Below are positions 28,833 to 37,779 of a stretch of DNA of 64,000 nt, in pieces. This stretch comes from Sandaracinaceae bacterium (GTDB taxonomy: Bacteria; Myxococcota_A; Polyangia; Polyangiales; Sandaracinaceae). The stretch covers positions 1 through 64,000 of the forward strand of contig JBGAQA010000021.1 of assembly GCA_044220955.1 (NCBI GenBank), written 5' to 3'. Position 1 is the first letter of the stretch. The number at the start of each line of letters is the position of its first letter. The position numbers were made by a program, and so were the translations under genes. Under the pieces are notes generated by a model. That model had not been told where the DNA came from and ran no database searches. It saw nothing but the letters and a program-made list of their open reading frames with translations.

Positions 28833-29567
28833 TCAGCGCACGCGCCCCGCCCCGGACGCGTGGCGCGCGCCGGGCGGAACGACGTGACGGGCGACGAGGT
28901 CGACGACGCGGGGATCGAAGAGCGCCTCGTTGTGCCCGAGGTCGTCGTAGCGGTGGACCTCGGCCGCCTCGATGGCGCCGGCGCTGTCGGGCGGCGAGAT
29001 CATGCGATCCCGACCCGCGATGACCGCGACGTGGGCGACCTGCGCCGCACGGCCCCGCCCTTCCCGCAGCCGCTCGAGCGTCGCGCTGCCGGGGCGCAGC
29101 GCGGCCCCCAGCGAGCCGGGCGCGAAGCGGGCGTGCTCGGTTCCGGCGTGCGGGCTGGCGATGGTGATCAGCCGGTCCACCGGGCCGCCGACGTCGACGG
29201 CCCCGCCCAGCTCCTGCAAGTACCAGCGCGCCAGCAGCCCGCCGAGCGAGTGCCCGACGAGCGTGAGCGGCCGACCGTGCGCGGCGAGCTTCGCGAGCGC
29301 CGCGACGCGCGCTGCGACCTGCTCGAACGACTCGAGCGGCCCGTAGGTGAGCCCGACCGTCTCGACGGCGGCCCTCGACTCGACGTGGGCGCGCATCGGG
29401 TCGAACACCGGACCGCCGGCCATGAAGCCGTGGACGAACACGACGGCGCGCTCGGCGCCGGCAGGGGCCGTCGTGCGCTTCGGGAAGGCCATGAGCTTGC
29501 CCTGGCGGACGACGGCGACGGCCTCGCGGCCCAGCTCGGACGTTCGACGAAGGAGTCGCTGAACCAT
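28833..29567 (-). CDS. Alpha/beta hydrolase, lipase/PGAP1-like
   Basis: VFVHGF, GHSLGG, IASPHAGT, D..I.P, GHNEAL. Confidence 0.88.
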   Translation of the reverse strand: MVQRLLRRTSELGREAVAVVRQGKLMAFPKRTTAPAGAERAVVFVHGFMAGGPVFDPMRAHVESRAAVETVGLTYGPLESFEQVAARVAALAKLAAHGRPLTLVGHSLGGLLARWYLQELGGAVDVGGPVDRLITIASPHAGTEHARFAPGSLGAALRPGSATLERLREGRGRAAQVAHVAVIAGRDRMISPPDSAGAIEAAEVHRYDDLGHNEALFDPRVVDLVARHVVPPGARHASGAGRVR

Positions 29568-29584
29568 CGCGGACGATCCTAGCG

Positions 29585-30673
29585 CTACCCGAACCGGGGC
29601 GCCCAGCGCTCGGCTTGATACCAGCGCAGGACCTGCCGCCAGCCCTCCTGGAAGCGCGGGAAGCGCGGCGTCCAGCCGAGCGCGCGGAGCTTCGTCGCGT
29701 CGACGAGCAGATCGTCGTAGAGCAGCGTGAGCGCCTCGCGGTCGACCCGCGCTCGCAGCGCGGGCTTGAGCCCGTGGCGAAGCACCACGAGTCGCCAGGC
29801 CGACAGGATCGCCGTGTCGAGCCCTCGGAATGCACCCGGCGACTGGAAGAACTGCCCCAGGCGGTCGAGCACCGGCCGCGGCAGCTCGCCTGCGGGGACG
29901 GTCGGCAGCCCGTACGCGCGGAACGTCTCGGTCACGCGGTCGCCGAGGGTGAGCGGATCTTCATCGGACACGTTGAGGATCGCGTCGTGCGCCTCGGGCT
30001 TCTTGAGCACGAAGACGAGCGCGCGCGCGACGTCCTCGGCGTGGACGAACGTCTGCACCGGCCCGCCCGCGGTGCGCGGCAGCACGGGGCTCACGAGCTT
30101 GATCGCCGGCCCCGGCACGAGCAGCGCCGCCGCGAAGTGCCGTCCGCGACGACCGTAGAGGGGCGCTGCGCGCAGGATGGTCCACGGCGGGCCTTTTCCG
30201 CGCCGCTCCTCGAGCAGGACCTCGGCGTCCCGCTTGCTCCGAGAGTGCGGTCCGCGAGGCAGGATGCGGGCATCCTCGGCGAGCGGTCCCTTCTGCCCCA
30301 CGCCGTACACCATCGCGCTCGACACGTGCACGAAGCGCTTGCCCCCGGCGCGCGCGTGGGCGTCGTAGAGCGTCCCGACCGCCTCCGTGTTCACGGCCGC
30401 GATCGTCTCGTAGGGCGTGCCGACGTCGAGCATCGCCGCGGTGTGGATCACGTGGTCTGCGCCCTTGACGACGCGCTCGACGAAGCTCTTGTCGCGCAGA
30501 TCGCCCGCGCGGATTTCGCCGCGCACCGGGGCCTGCACGCCCTTGGCCGTGATGTCGCTCGCGACGACGCGGAAGCCCGCCGCCTCGGCGAGCCCGACGA
30601 CGTAGTTGCCGACGGTCCCGGCGGCGCCGGTGACGAGGACGGTCTCCATCGATCCCTGGGGCACGTCGCTCAT
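29585..30673 (-). CDS. NAD-dependent epimerase/dehydratase (extended SDR)
   Basis: VLVTGAAGTVG, VIHTAA, HVSS, HSRSK in place of YxxxK. Start approximate. Confidence 0.85.
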   Translation of the reverse strand: MSDVPQGSMETVLVTGAAGTVGNYVVGLAEAAGFRVVASDITAKGVQAPVRGEIRAGDLRDKSFVERVVKGADHVIHTAAMLDVGTPYETIAAVNTEAVGTLYDAHARAGGKRFVHVSSAMVYGVGQKGPLAEDARILPRGPHSRSKRDAEVLLEERRGKGPPWTILRAAPLYGRRGRHFAAALLVPGPAIKLVSPVLPRTAGGPVQTFVHAEDVARALVFVLKKPEAHDAILNVSDEDPLTLGDRVTETFRAYGLPTVPAGELPRPVLDRLGQFFQSPGAFRGLDTAILSAWRLVVLRHGLKPALRARVDREALTLLYDDLLVDATKLRALGWTPRFPRFQEGWRQVLRWYQAERWAPRFG

Positions 30674-30720
30674 GTACCACCGAGGACGGTCGCGTGGGTA
30701 CTTGACGACAGGACCGCCGC

Positions 30721-31335
30721 TCAGCCGACCGGAGCGCTGGCCCCCGCCCCGCCTCGGGAGGCCCGCGCGAGGAAGTTCCTCATCATCGCGTGCCCGTGCT
30801 CGGTGAGGAACGACTCCGGATGGAACTGCACGCCTTCGACGTCGAGCGTCCGGTGCCGGAGCCCCATCAGCTCGCCCGTGCTCGCCCACGCGGTCGGCGA
30901 AAGCTCGGCTGGCAGCGTGGCGGGATCGATCACGAGCGAGTGGTAGCGCGCAGCGACGAAGGGCGAGGGCACGCCGGCGAACACGCCTTCCCCGTCGTGG
31001 CGGATCTCGGAGGTGCGCCCGTGCATGAGACGGGGCGCCCGCACGATCCTGGCGCCGTAGAGCGCGCCGATGGCCTGGTGACCGAGGCACACGCCGAGGA
31101 CCGGCACGCGCCCCGCCAGCGCGCGGATGGCATCGAGCGTGATCCCGGCGTCGTCCGGCCGGCCCGGCCCGGGCGAGACCAGCAAGGCATCGGGGGACGC
31201 TCGGGCGATCCCGTCGAGGTCGATCGCGTCGCTGCGCCTCACCAGCACGTCCGCGCCGAGCTCGAGGAGGTACTGGACGAGGTTGAACGTGAACGAGTCG
31301 TGGTTGTCGACGACCAGGACGCGCGGCGCGCTCAC
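30721..31335 (-). CDS. Anthranilate/aminodeoxychorismate synthase component II (glutamine amidotransferase, TrpG/PabA)
   Basis: VDNHDSFTFNL, SPGPG, GVCLGHQ, RYHSL, GVQFHPES. Confidence 0.93.
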   Translation of the reverse strand: MSAPRVLVVDNHDSFTFNLVQYLLELGADVLVRRSDAIDLDGIARASPDALLVSPGPGRPDDAGITLDAIRALAGRVPVLGVCLGHQAIGALYGARIVRAPRLMHGRTSEIRHDGEGVFAGVPSPFVAARYHSLVIDPATLPAELSPTAWASTGELMGLRHRTLDVEGVQFHPESFLTEHGHAMMRNFLARASRGGAGASAPVG

Positions 31336-32102
31336 GGCGGGACGATCCCGTGGTGGTCCTCGTGGTCTTGCGGCAGCTCGGGCTCGTCGGGCCCGCGCGG
31401 CGTCGGCGGAGCGGGCGGCGGAGGCTCGAGGGGGTCTTCGCGCGCGTCGATCGGGTCGGCGCCGTGCGGGTCGGGCTCGTCGGGGGGGGTCACGGTGTCG
31501 TCGCCCTCCCCGCTCGCAGGCGGCGCCAGGGGCGGCAGTCCCTCGAGCGCACCGCCGCGGTCCCCCGGCGCGCCGGACGTGTCGAGCGGCCGGATGACGG
31601 CGAGCTCGGCCATGAACTCGGCGAGGTCGTGCTCCGCCTCCCCTGCTTCGTGCAGGGCATCGAGGAGCGCCTCGTCGTCGTGACCGATCCCTCGCGCGAG
31701 CGCGTCGCGCCAGTGTCCGAGCGCGGTGAGGCGCGCCCGCAAGAGCCGGATGGCGCGCGTCTTCAGCGTCTGTCCCCGCGAGGTCGCCAGGGGCAGTGCC
31801 TGGAGGGTCTCGATGTGCCGCCGGACGGCGGGAATCGCCGCGTCGTCGAGCAGATCGGCCGCGAGCACGGGCCGCTGCCGCGCGACCGCGTCGTCGACCT
31901 CGTCCAGCACCAGCTGCGCGGGATCTTCGGTCAGGGCGGCCTGCAGCAGGGCCACGTCCTGCCGCTCGTCCCGCGGCGCGGGCGTCTCGCTGGGCTCGCA
32001 CTCGCACGCGCCGAGGCCGCACGCCACGACCAGCGTCATGGCCATCGACGCGAGCGGGAAGGCGCGCCGCTCGAGGGTCCTCGCGTCGGCTCGCGCGCTC
32101 AT
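31332..32102 (-). CDS. Hypothetical helical lipoprotein with Pro/acidic tail
   Basis: ATGA and GTGA couplings to both neighbours; LGAC lipobox. Confidence 0.65.
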   Translation of the reverse strand: MSARADARTLERRAFPLASMAMTLVVACGLGACECEPSETPAPRDERQDVALLQAALTEDPAQLVLDEVDDAVARQRPVLAADLLDDAAIPAVRRHIETLQALPLATSRGQTLKTRAIRLLRARLTALGHWRDALARGIGHDDEALLDALHEAGEAEHDLAEFMAELAVIRPLDTSGAPGDRGGALEGLPPLAPPASGEGDDTVTPPDEPDPHGADPIDAREDPLEPPPPAPPTPRGPDEPELPQDHEDHHGIVPP

Positions 32103-33004
32103 CCGCGGGGCCTCCCCGGGTAGCCGCGGCCGTCGAAGAAGCGCGCCACGCGGTGGTTGATCACGTCGGGGTACTCGACCGCGAGGTAGTGCGTGCCGCC
32201 AGGGACCACCAGCAGCTCCGCCCCCCTCACCGCGTCGACGAGGCTCTGGGCCGTCGAGCGTGGCGTCATGAGGTCGTTCGCGCCCGCGATCATCAGCAGA
32301 GGGACGTCGATCGCCCTCAGGACGTCGTGCGCGTCGTGCGCGCCGAGCTGCTCGAGGGTGCGCGCGTAGATCTCCATGTCGAGGCCGACGAACGAGCCGG
32401 CGATCTCGCGGAACAGCCCCTCGTCGAGCGTCTGGCCGGCGATGCCGAGCGCCTTGGCGAGCCGCGGCATGTGCTCCCATCGCACCACCCGCGCCGTCAC
32501 CCGCGAGATGGCGTCGGGAGCGCGCTGCGCGGCGCGCAGGATCGAGGGCGCCAGCCGTCCGACCCGCGGGGAGTCGCCCAGCGTCCGGAACGGCGAGCCC
32601 GCGACGCCGTTGATCAGCACCAGGGCGGCGATGCGATCGGGGGCGCGACGGAAGAGCTCGAGCGCCACCTGGACGCCCATCGACCACCCGAGCACGGCCG
32701 TCCGTTCGATCTTCTCCTCGTCCAAGATCGCGAGCGCATCGCGTGCCTGGGCGGGCACGTCGAGCGCGTTGCGATCGGGCGGGGCTTTGCTCGCGTAGAG
32801 CCCCCGGTAGTCCCAGGAGAGGAATCGGTACCGATCCTGGAAGAACCCGATCTGGTGCGTCCAGGCGCGCCAGCTGCCTCCGAGGCCGTTGGCGAGCAGG
32901 ATCGGCGCACCCTCGCCGACGAGGTGATAGGCGAGATCGGTCCCATCGAACGACGTGATGCGCCGCTCCTCGACCTGGATCTCCGGCGCGCCCTGCTCCG
33001 CCAT
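32099..33004 (-). CDS. Alpha/beta fold hydrolase
   Basis: SFDGT.LAY, NGLGG, WDYRG, GWSMG, D.MTP, GTHY. Confidence 0.9.
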   Translation of the reverse strand: MAEQGAPEIQVEERRITSFDGTDLAYHLVGEGAPILLANGLGGSWRAWTHQIGFFQDRYRFLSWDYRGLYASKAPPDRNALDVPAQARDALAILDEEKIERTAVLGWSMGVQVALELFRRAPDRIAALVLINGVAGSPFRTLGDSPRVGRLAPSILRAAQRAPDAISRVTARVVRWEHMPRLAKALGIAGQTLDEGLFREIAGSFVGLDMEIYARTLEQLGAHDAHDVLRAIDVPLLMIAGANDLMTPRSTAQSLVDAVRGAELLVVPGGTHYLAVEYPDVINHRVARFFDGRGYPGRPRG

Positions 33005-33083
33005 GCGGGCGCGACTGTAGCGAAGGTGAGGCCCCGCGGCACGGAGGCTTGACCATCCCTTTCGCGCGCGCGAGGACGCTCGG

Positions 33084-34319
33084 ATGCGGCACGCCTGGCT
33101 CGTCTTGGTCCTCGTCGGGTGCGCCAGCCGCGCGGCGTGTCCTGCCGGGGAGCTCGCCGCGCCGGCGCGCGCGCCTGCGTTCTTGCTCCTTCGCTCGGAT
33201 CGCACGTCGAGCGCCCTGGCGCTGCTCGATGCCGATGGTGCGCCGATCGTCACCGACTGGCTCGACTCGGGGACGCGCGTCTCGACGCTGGTGACCAGCC
33301 TGGCGGGCGATCCGGCGCTGCCCTCGTCCCCGCTCGGCACCGGAGCGATCGCGTGGATCGATCGCTCCCCCGTGGACGTCCTCAGCGTCTGGGTCGGGGA
33401 CGAAGTCGCACAGGTCGACCTGCGAGCGGAGGCCCCGGGGGCGCGGACCGGGTTCAGCGCGAACCCCTACGATGCGCTCGCGCTGACCGACGGCCGCGTG
33501 CTCGTCTCGCGCTTCGGCGTCAACCCGGACGGCAGCGCCGGCCCGCTGCAGCGGGGCAACGACGTGGTCGTGGTGGAACACGGCGCGGTGACCCGGAGCA
33601 TCGGGCTCGGCGCCGATGGCCTGATCGATCCGTGCACGGGGGAGTGCACGGCGTACGCGCACCCGGGTCCTCTCGTCCCCCTCGGACCCCGGACGGTGCT
33701 CGTCGTGCTCGATCGATTCGACCGGCGCTTCGAGCGCGCGGGCGACGGGGGCGTGCTCGGGATCGATCGCGAGACCCTCATTCCCTCGGCCGCCGTCTCC
33801 CTCGCCCCGCTCCAGAACTGCCGCGCGGCATCGGTCGACCCGGACGACCCGGCGCGCGCGTACGTGCTCTGCGCGGGATCGTTCATGCTCCCACCCGAGG
33901 GGAGACGTCCGAGCGCCGGCATCGCGGAGATCACGGTCGATGCAGCGGGCTCGATCACCGTCGCTGCGCGCTGGCAGGCGCCGGACGGCGTCCCGGTCGT
34001 CGGCACCGGGCTGATCGCGCTCGGCGGCGGTCGCGTCCTCGCGGTCGCGAACGAGGGCACGGTCGCGAGCGCGGACCCCCCGGACCACCTCCTCGAAGTC
34101 GACGTGGTCGCCGGGACGGTGCGCGACGTGTACGCGTCGCGCGGCGGCTTCGTCCTCGGTGACGGCGCGCTCGCCGGTGACGTCGCCCTGATCCCGGACG
34201 CCGAGCGCGGGGGCGTCATGCGCGTCGAGGTGAGCGGACCGGCCGTCGCGCGCGAGCTGATCGTCATCGACGACTGCGCGGGCCTGCCCCCGCGTCAGCT
34301 GCGCCCGCTTCGGTTCTGA
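33084..34319 (+). CDS. Lipoprotein, probable beta-propeller
   Basis: LVGC lipobox; NPYD, repeated beta-strand blades, paired Cys. Confidence 0.7.
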   Translation: MRHAWLVLVLVGCASRAACPAGELAAPARAPAFLLLRSDRTSSALALLDADGAPIVTDWLDSGTRVSTLVTSLAGDPALPSSPLGTGAIAWIDRSPVDVLSVWVGDEVAQVDLRAEAPGARTGFSANPYDALALTDGRVLVSRFGVNPDGSAGPLQRGNDVVVVEHGAVTRSIGLGADGLIDPCTGECTAYAHPGPLVPLGPRTVLVVLDRFDRRFERAGDGGVLGIDRETLIPSAAVSLAPLQNCRAASVDPDDPARAYVLCAGSFMLPPEGRRPSAGIAEITVDAAGSITVAARWQAPDGVPVVGTGLIALGGGRVLAVANEGTVASADPPDHLLEVDVVAGTVRDVYASRGGFVLGDGALAGDVALIPDAERGGVMRVEVSGPAVARELIVIDDCAGLPPRQLRPLRF

Positions 34320-34353
34320 TCCCGTCGCCCCTCTTGCTCCGCGGTCGGAGTCG

Positions 34354-35199
34354 TCAGCGGAGCGCGGCTGCGGCGCGGGTCATGGCGGCGACGACCGCGG
34401 TCGAGGCCTCCTGGATGCCGGCCGGCGCGTGCGCCGCGAAGCGGTCGGGATGCAGCTCGCGGGCGAGGCGCCGGAGCGCGCCGCGTGCCTCGGACGGGCG
34501 CGCATGGCCGGGCAGATCCAGCAGGCGCGCCGCCGACGCGTCGCGCCGGAGCTCGGTCGTCTTGCGGGCGAGCAGCGTCATGGCCCCGGCCTCCGAGGGC
34601 AGGCTCGCCGCTTCGACGAAGGCGAGCGCGAACGCGAAGCGGAGGGCGCGCTCGGTCCCGGCGACGCGGTGCATCGCGGCCAGGTCCGTCGGAGCATCGA
34701 GCGCGGCGACCAGGGCAGCCTCGTCCGGGTGGAGCGCAGCTTTGGCGCACAGCGAGCGGCCGAGCGCGCTGAGCGACCAGGGATGCGCCGAGAGCCGCTC
34801 GCGCGCGCGCTCGATCGGGAGGTCCCGGACGGCACGCCGCAGCGCCTCGAGCACGAGGTCCGCCGTGCACGCGGGGTCGACCCCCGGCGCCACGCGCGGA
34901 CATCCCGTCCGCAGGCCCACGGACACGCCGCGCCAGGCCATCATCGCGACGAGGCGCGCCCGCATCTGCTCGCGATGAGCCCCGAGCACCGCGCCCTTCG
35001 AGGCGAGCTCACGGTCGATCCCGAGGAGCTCGCACAAGAGGGGCGCCGCCCCGGGGGCCTCGACGTGCGCGATGCGTCCCGCGATCATCGAGATCGATCC
35101 CGAGCGGGACGCGCTGGTCACCGAGATCGTCCCCGTGGCGGAGCCGCGCGCGAGGAGATCGAGGGTCCGGACGATCAGCGGCGCTGCGTCGGAGGGCAT
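34354..35199 (-). CDS. DUF4388/PATAN-like N-terminus plus C-terminal J-domain
   Basis: TGTISV......I.M..GRI..V; C-terminal LL.L......E...A.RRLARELHPDRF. Confidence 0.65.
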   Translation of the reverse strand: MPSDAAPLIVRTLDLLARGSATGTISVTSASRSGSISMIAGRIAHVEAPGAAPLLCELLGIDRELASKGAVLGAHREQMRARLVAMMAWRGVSVGLRTGCPRVAPGVDPACTADLVLEALRRAVRDLPIERARERLSAHPWSLSALGRSLCAKAALHPDEAALVAALDAPTDLAAMHRVAGTERALRFAFALAFVEAASLPSEAGAMTLLARKTTELRRDASAARLLDLPGHARPSEARGALRRLARELHPDRFAAHAPAGIQEASTAVVAAMTRAAAALR

Positions 35200-35313
35200 G
35201 CATCGCTTGTCGCCGAGGCGACCGACGCGGGCAAACTATCGGCGACCCGGGGATCCAGGGGGCAGGTGCCGACGGCCTCCCCGCGCACGGCGTGGTAACA
35301 ACGGCCTCTCGCC

Positions 35314-37353
35314 GTGACCACTCCCTTCTATCTCACCACGCCCATCTACTACGTGAACGGCAAGCCCCACGTCGGGCACGCATACTCGACCATCGCCGCC
35401 GACGTGCTGGTCCGGCACGCCAAGGTGCGCGGGCGACGCACCCGCTTCCTCACCGGCACCGACGAGCACGGCCAGAAGATCGAGCGCACGGCGCAGAAGG
35501 AGGGCCTCTCGGCGCAGGCCTTCGTCGACCGGCTCATCCCGTCTTTCACCGGCGCCTGGGAGGCGCTCGGGATCGCCAACGACGACTTCATCCGCACCAC
35601 CGAGCCGCGCCACGCGAAGGTGGTCAGCGAGCTCTGGCGTCGCTGCGAGGCGAACGGCGACATCTACCTCGGCGAGTACGAGGGCTGGTACGCCCAGGCG
35701 GACGAGGCCTACTACACCGAGAAGGAGCTCGTGGACGGCAAGGCGCCGACCGGCGCGAGCGTCGAGCGCGTGAAGGAGCCGAGCTACTTCTTCCGCCTCT
35801 CGAGGTACGCGCAGCCACTGCTCGACTACTACGAGGCCCACCCGGACTTCGTTCGACCGGAGGGCAAGTTCAACGAGGTGAAGGCCTTCGTGAAGAGCGA
35901 GGAGGGCCTGCGCGATCTCTCCCTCTCGCGAACGACTTTCCGCTGGGGCCTGCCCGTGCCCGGGGCGCCCGACCACGTCGTCTACGTGTGGTTCGACGCG
36001 CTGACGAACTACGTCTCGGCGCTCTGCGACGACGGGCAGATCGAGGGCGCAGCCCTCTACGAGGCGTTCTGGAAGCACGGCGAGGCCCTGCACCTCATCG
36101 GCAAGGAGATCACTCGGTTCCACTGCGTGTACTGGCCGGCGTTCCTGATGAGCGCGGGCCTGCCCCTGCCGCGCGGCGTGTTCGCCCACGGCTGGATGAC
36201 CGTGAACGGCGAGAAGATGAGCAAGTCGGCCGGGAACTTCCTGCCGCCCGAGCCGCTGGCGGAGGCGCTCGGCAAGGACGCGCTGCGCTACTACCTGATG
36301 CGCGACGTGGCGCTCGGCGCGGACAGCGACTTCAGCCACGCCAACATGCTCGCGCGCTACCACGGCGATCTCGGCAACGGCCTCGGCAACCTCCTGAACC
36401 GCATGGTCACGAGCATCGTCGAGAAGAACCTCGACGGACGCGTCCCGGCGCTCGATCCCGGGAGGCACGGCGACCTCGAGCGCCGCGTGATCGAGACGGC
36501 GGAGCGCGCCGCGAAGCACTCGAGCGAGCACCTCGCGGCGATCGCGCCGCATCGCGCGCTCGAGAGCATCTGGGAGCTCGTCCTGGCGGCCAACAAGTAC
36601 ATCGACGACACGGCGCCCTGGGCGCTGGCGAAGAGCGGTGACCGAGCACGCCTCGAGGTCGTGGCGTACACGGTGCTCGAGTCGCTCCGCTGGCTGAGCG
36701 TGATGCTCTGGCCCTTCATGCCGGAGAAGTGCGACGGGATCCGGGGGCAGCTCGGCTTGCCGCCGCTGATGCCGACCGAGGGGCTCGACCGATGGCCGAG
36801 CGCGTGGGGCGGGCTCGCGGGCGGCACGCGCTGCAGGCCTGGCGCACCGCTGTTCCCGCGCCTCGACGAGGATCAGACGCGGGCCTACTACGAGCGGCTG
36901 GGCGTGCCGCCGCCGAACGCAGGCGTGAAGAAGCCCGAGCCCAAGAGGGCGGAGGCGAAGAAGACGGAGAAGCAGGTGAGCGACGCGAAGCCGGCGGAGG
37001 CGCCGAAGGCGGAGATCCCGGGTGTGATCACGATCGAGCAGCTCGACAAGATCGAGATGCGGCTCGCCCTGGTGAGGACCGCGGAGCGGGTGCCGAAGAG
37101 CGACAAGCTGCTCGAGCTCTCGGTCGACCTCGGCGAGCTCGGAGCCCGCACGATCCTCGCGGGGATCGGCGAGCACTACGCCCCGGAGGCGCTGATCGGA
37201 CGGCGGATCGCGGTCGTCGCCAACCTCGCGCCCCGCACGTTCGCCAAGTTCGGCAAGACCTCCCACGGGATGGTCCTGGCCGTGAGCGACGCGAGCGGGC
37301 TCTCGGTTCTCTCCCCCGACAAAGAGATCTCCCAAGGCGCGCGCCTGAAGTAG
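35314..37353 (+). CDS. metG: Methionine--tRNA ligase with C-terminal tRNA-binding domain
   Basis: YLTTPIYYVN, HVGH, TGTDEHGQK, YVWFDAL, KMSKS, C-terminal SDKLL..VD.G...TILAGI. Confidence 0.97.
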   Translation: MTTPFYLTTPIYYVNGKPHVGHAYSTIAADVLVRHAKVRGRRTRFLTGTDEHGQKIERTAQKEGLSAQAFVDRLIPSFTGAWEALGIANDDFIRTTEPRHAKVVSELWRRCEANGDIYLGEYEGWYAQADEAYYTEKELVDGKAPTGASVERVKEPSYFFRLSRYAQPLLDYYEAHPDFVRPEGKFNEVKAFVKSEEGLRDLSLSRTTFRWGLPVPGAPDHVVYVWFDALTNYVSALCDDGQIEGAALYEAFWKHGEALHLIGKEITRFHCVYWPAFLMSAGLPLPRGVFAHGWMTVNGEKMSKSAGNFLPPEPLAEALGKDALRYYLMRDVALGADSDFSHANMLARYHGDLGNGLGNLLNRMVTSIVEKNLDGRVPALDPGRHGDLERRVIETAERAAKHSSEHLAAIAPHRALESIWELVLAANKYIDDTAPWALAKSGDRARLEVVAYTVLESLRWLSVMLWPFMPEKCDGIRGQLGLPPLMPTEGLDRWPSAWGGLAGGTRCRPGAPLFPRLDEDQTRAYYERLGVPPPNAGVKKPEPKRAEAKKTEKQVSDAKPAEAPKAEIPGVITIEQLDKIEMRLALVRTAERVPKSDKLLELSVDLGELGARTILAGIGEHYAPEALIGRRIAVVANLAPRTFAKFGKTSHGMVLAVSDASGLSVLSPDKEISQGARLK

Positions 37354-37372
37354 TAGTCTCCCGCCAGTCGGT

Positions 37373-37407
37373 GCGTGTTGACACGCGCCGTGACGTGACA
37401 ATACGGT
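37373..37407 (+). promoter_or_regulatory. Putative sigma70 promoter with a palindrome over the -35
   Basis: TTGACA (37378-83), 18 nt, TACGGT (37402-07); GCGTGT-TG-ACACGC inverted repeat at 37373-86. Confidence 0.55.
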
Positions 37408-37448
37408 TCACGCACCGTTGTCGTCTCGAAGACCGGAGGGACTCGCAC

Positions 37449-37742
37449 ATGGCGAAGGCGAAGAAGAAGAGCGCGAAGAAGGCGGCCCCGAAGAAGAAGG
37501 CTGCGCCCAAGAAGGCGGCCCCGAAGAAGAAGGCTGCGCCCAAGAAGGCGGCCCCGAAGAAGGCCGCGCCCAAGAAGGCCGCTGCGCCGAAGAAGGCCGC
37601 TGCGCCGAAGAAGCCCGCTGCACCGAAGAAGCCCGCTGCACCGAAGAAGCCCGCTGCACCGAAGAAGCCCGCTGCACCGGCCGCGCCGCCGCCGCCGCCG
37701 ACAGAGGCAGCGACGCCGACGACGGACCTGCTCTCGCCCTGA
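37449..37742 (+). CDS. Histone H1-like Lys/Ala/Pro-rich basic protein (97 aa)
   Basis: SD GGAGG; MAKAKKKSAKKAAPKKKAAPKK...(PKKPAA)4. Confidence 0.85.
   Translation: MAKAKKKSAKKAAPKKKAAPKKAAPKKKAAPKKAAPKKAAPKKAAAPKKAAAPKKPAAPKKPAAPKKPAAPKKPAAPAAPPPPPTEAATPTTDLLSP
37476..37676 (+). repeat. Coding tandem repeats
   Basis: 33-bp unit at 37476-37508 and 37509-37541 (third partial); perfect 18-bp CCGAAGAAGCCCGCTGCA x4 at 37605-37676. Confidence 0.9.
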
Positions 37743-37779
37743 CGCGGTCGAGCGTCGGTGGGTGCGCCGACCGGCTCGC

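Noticed and set aside
37476..37676. Repeats as a CRISPR array
   Set aside because: No spacers, unit lengths are multiples of 3 within a CDS, no cas genes
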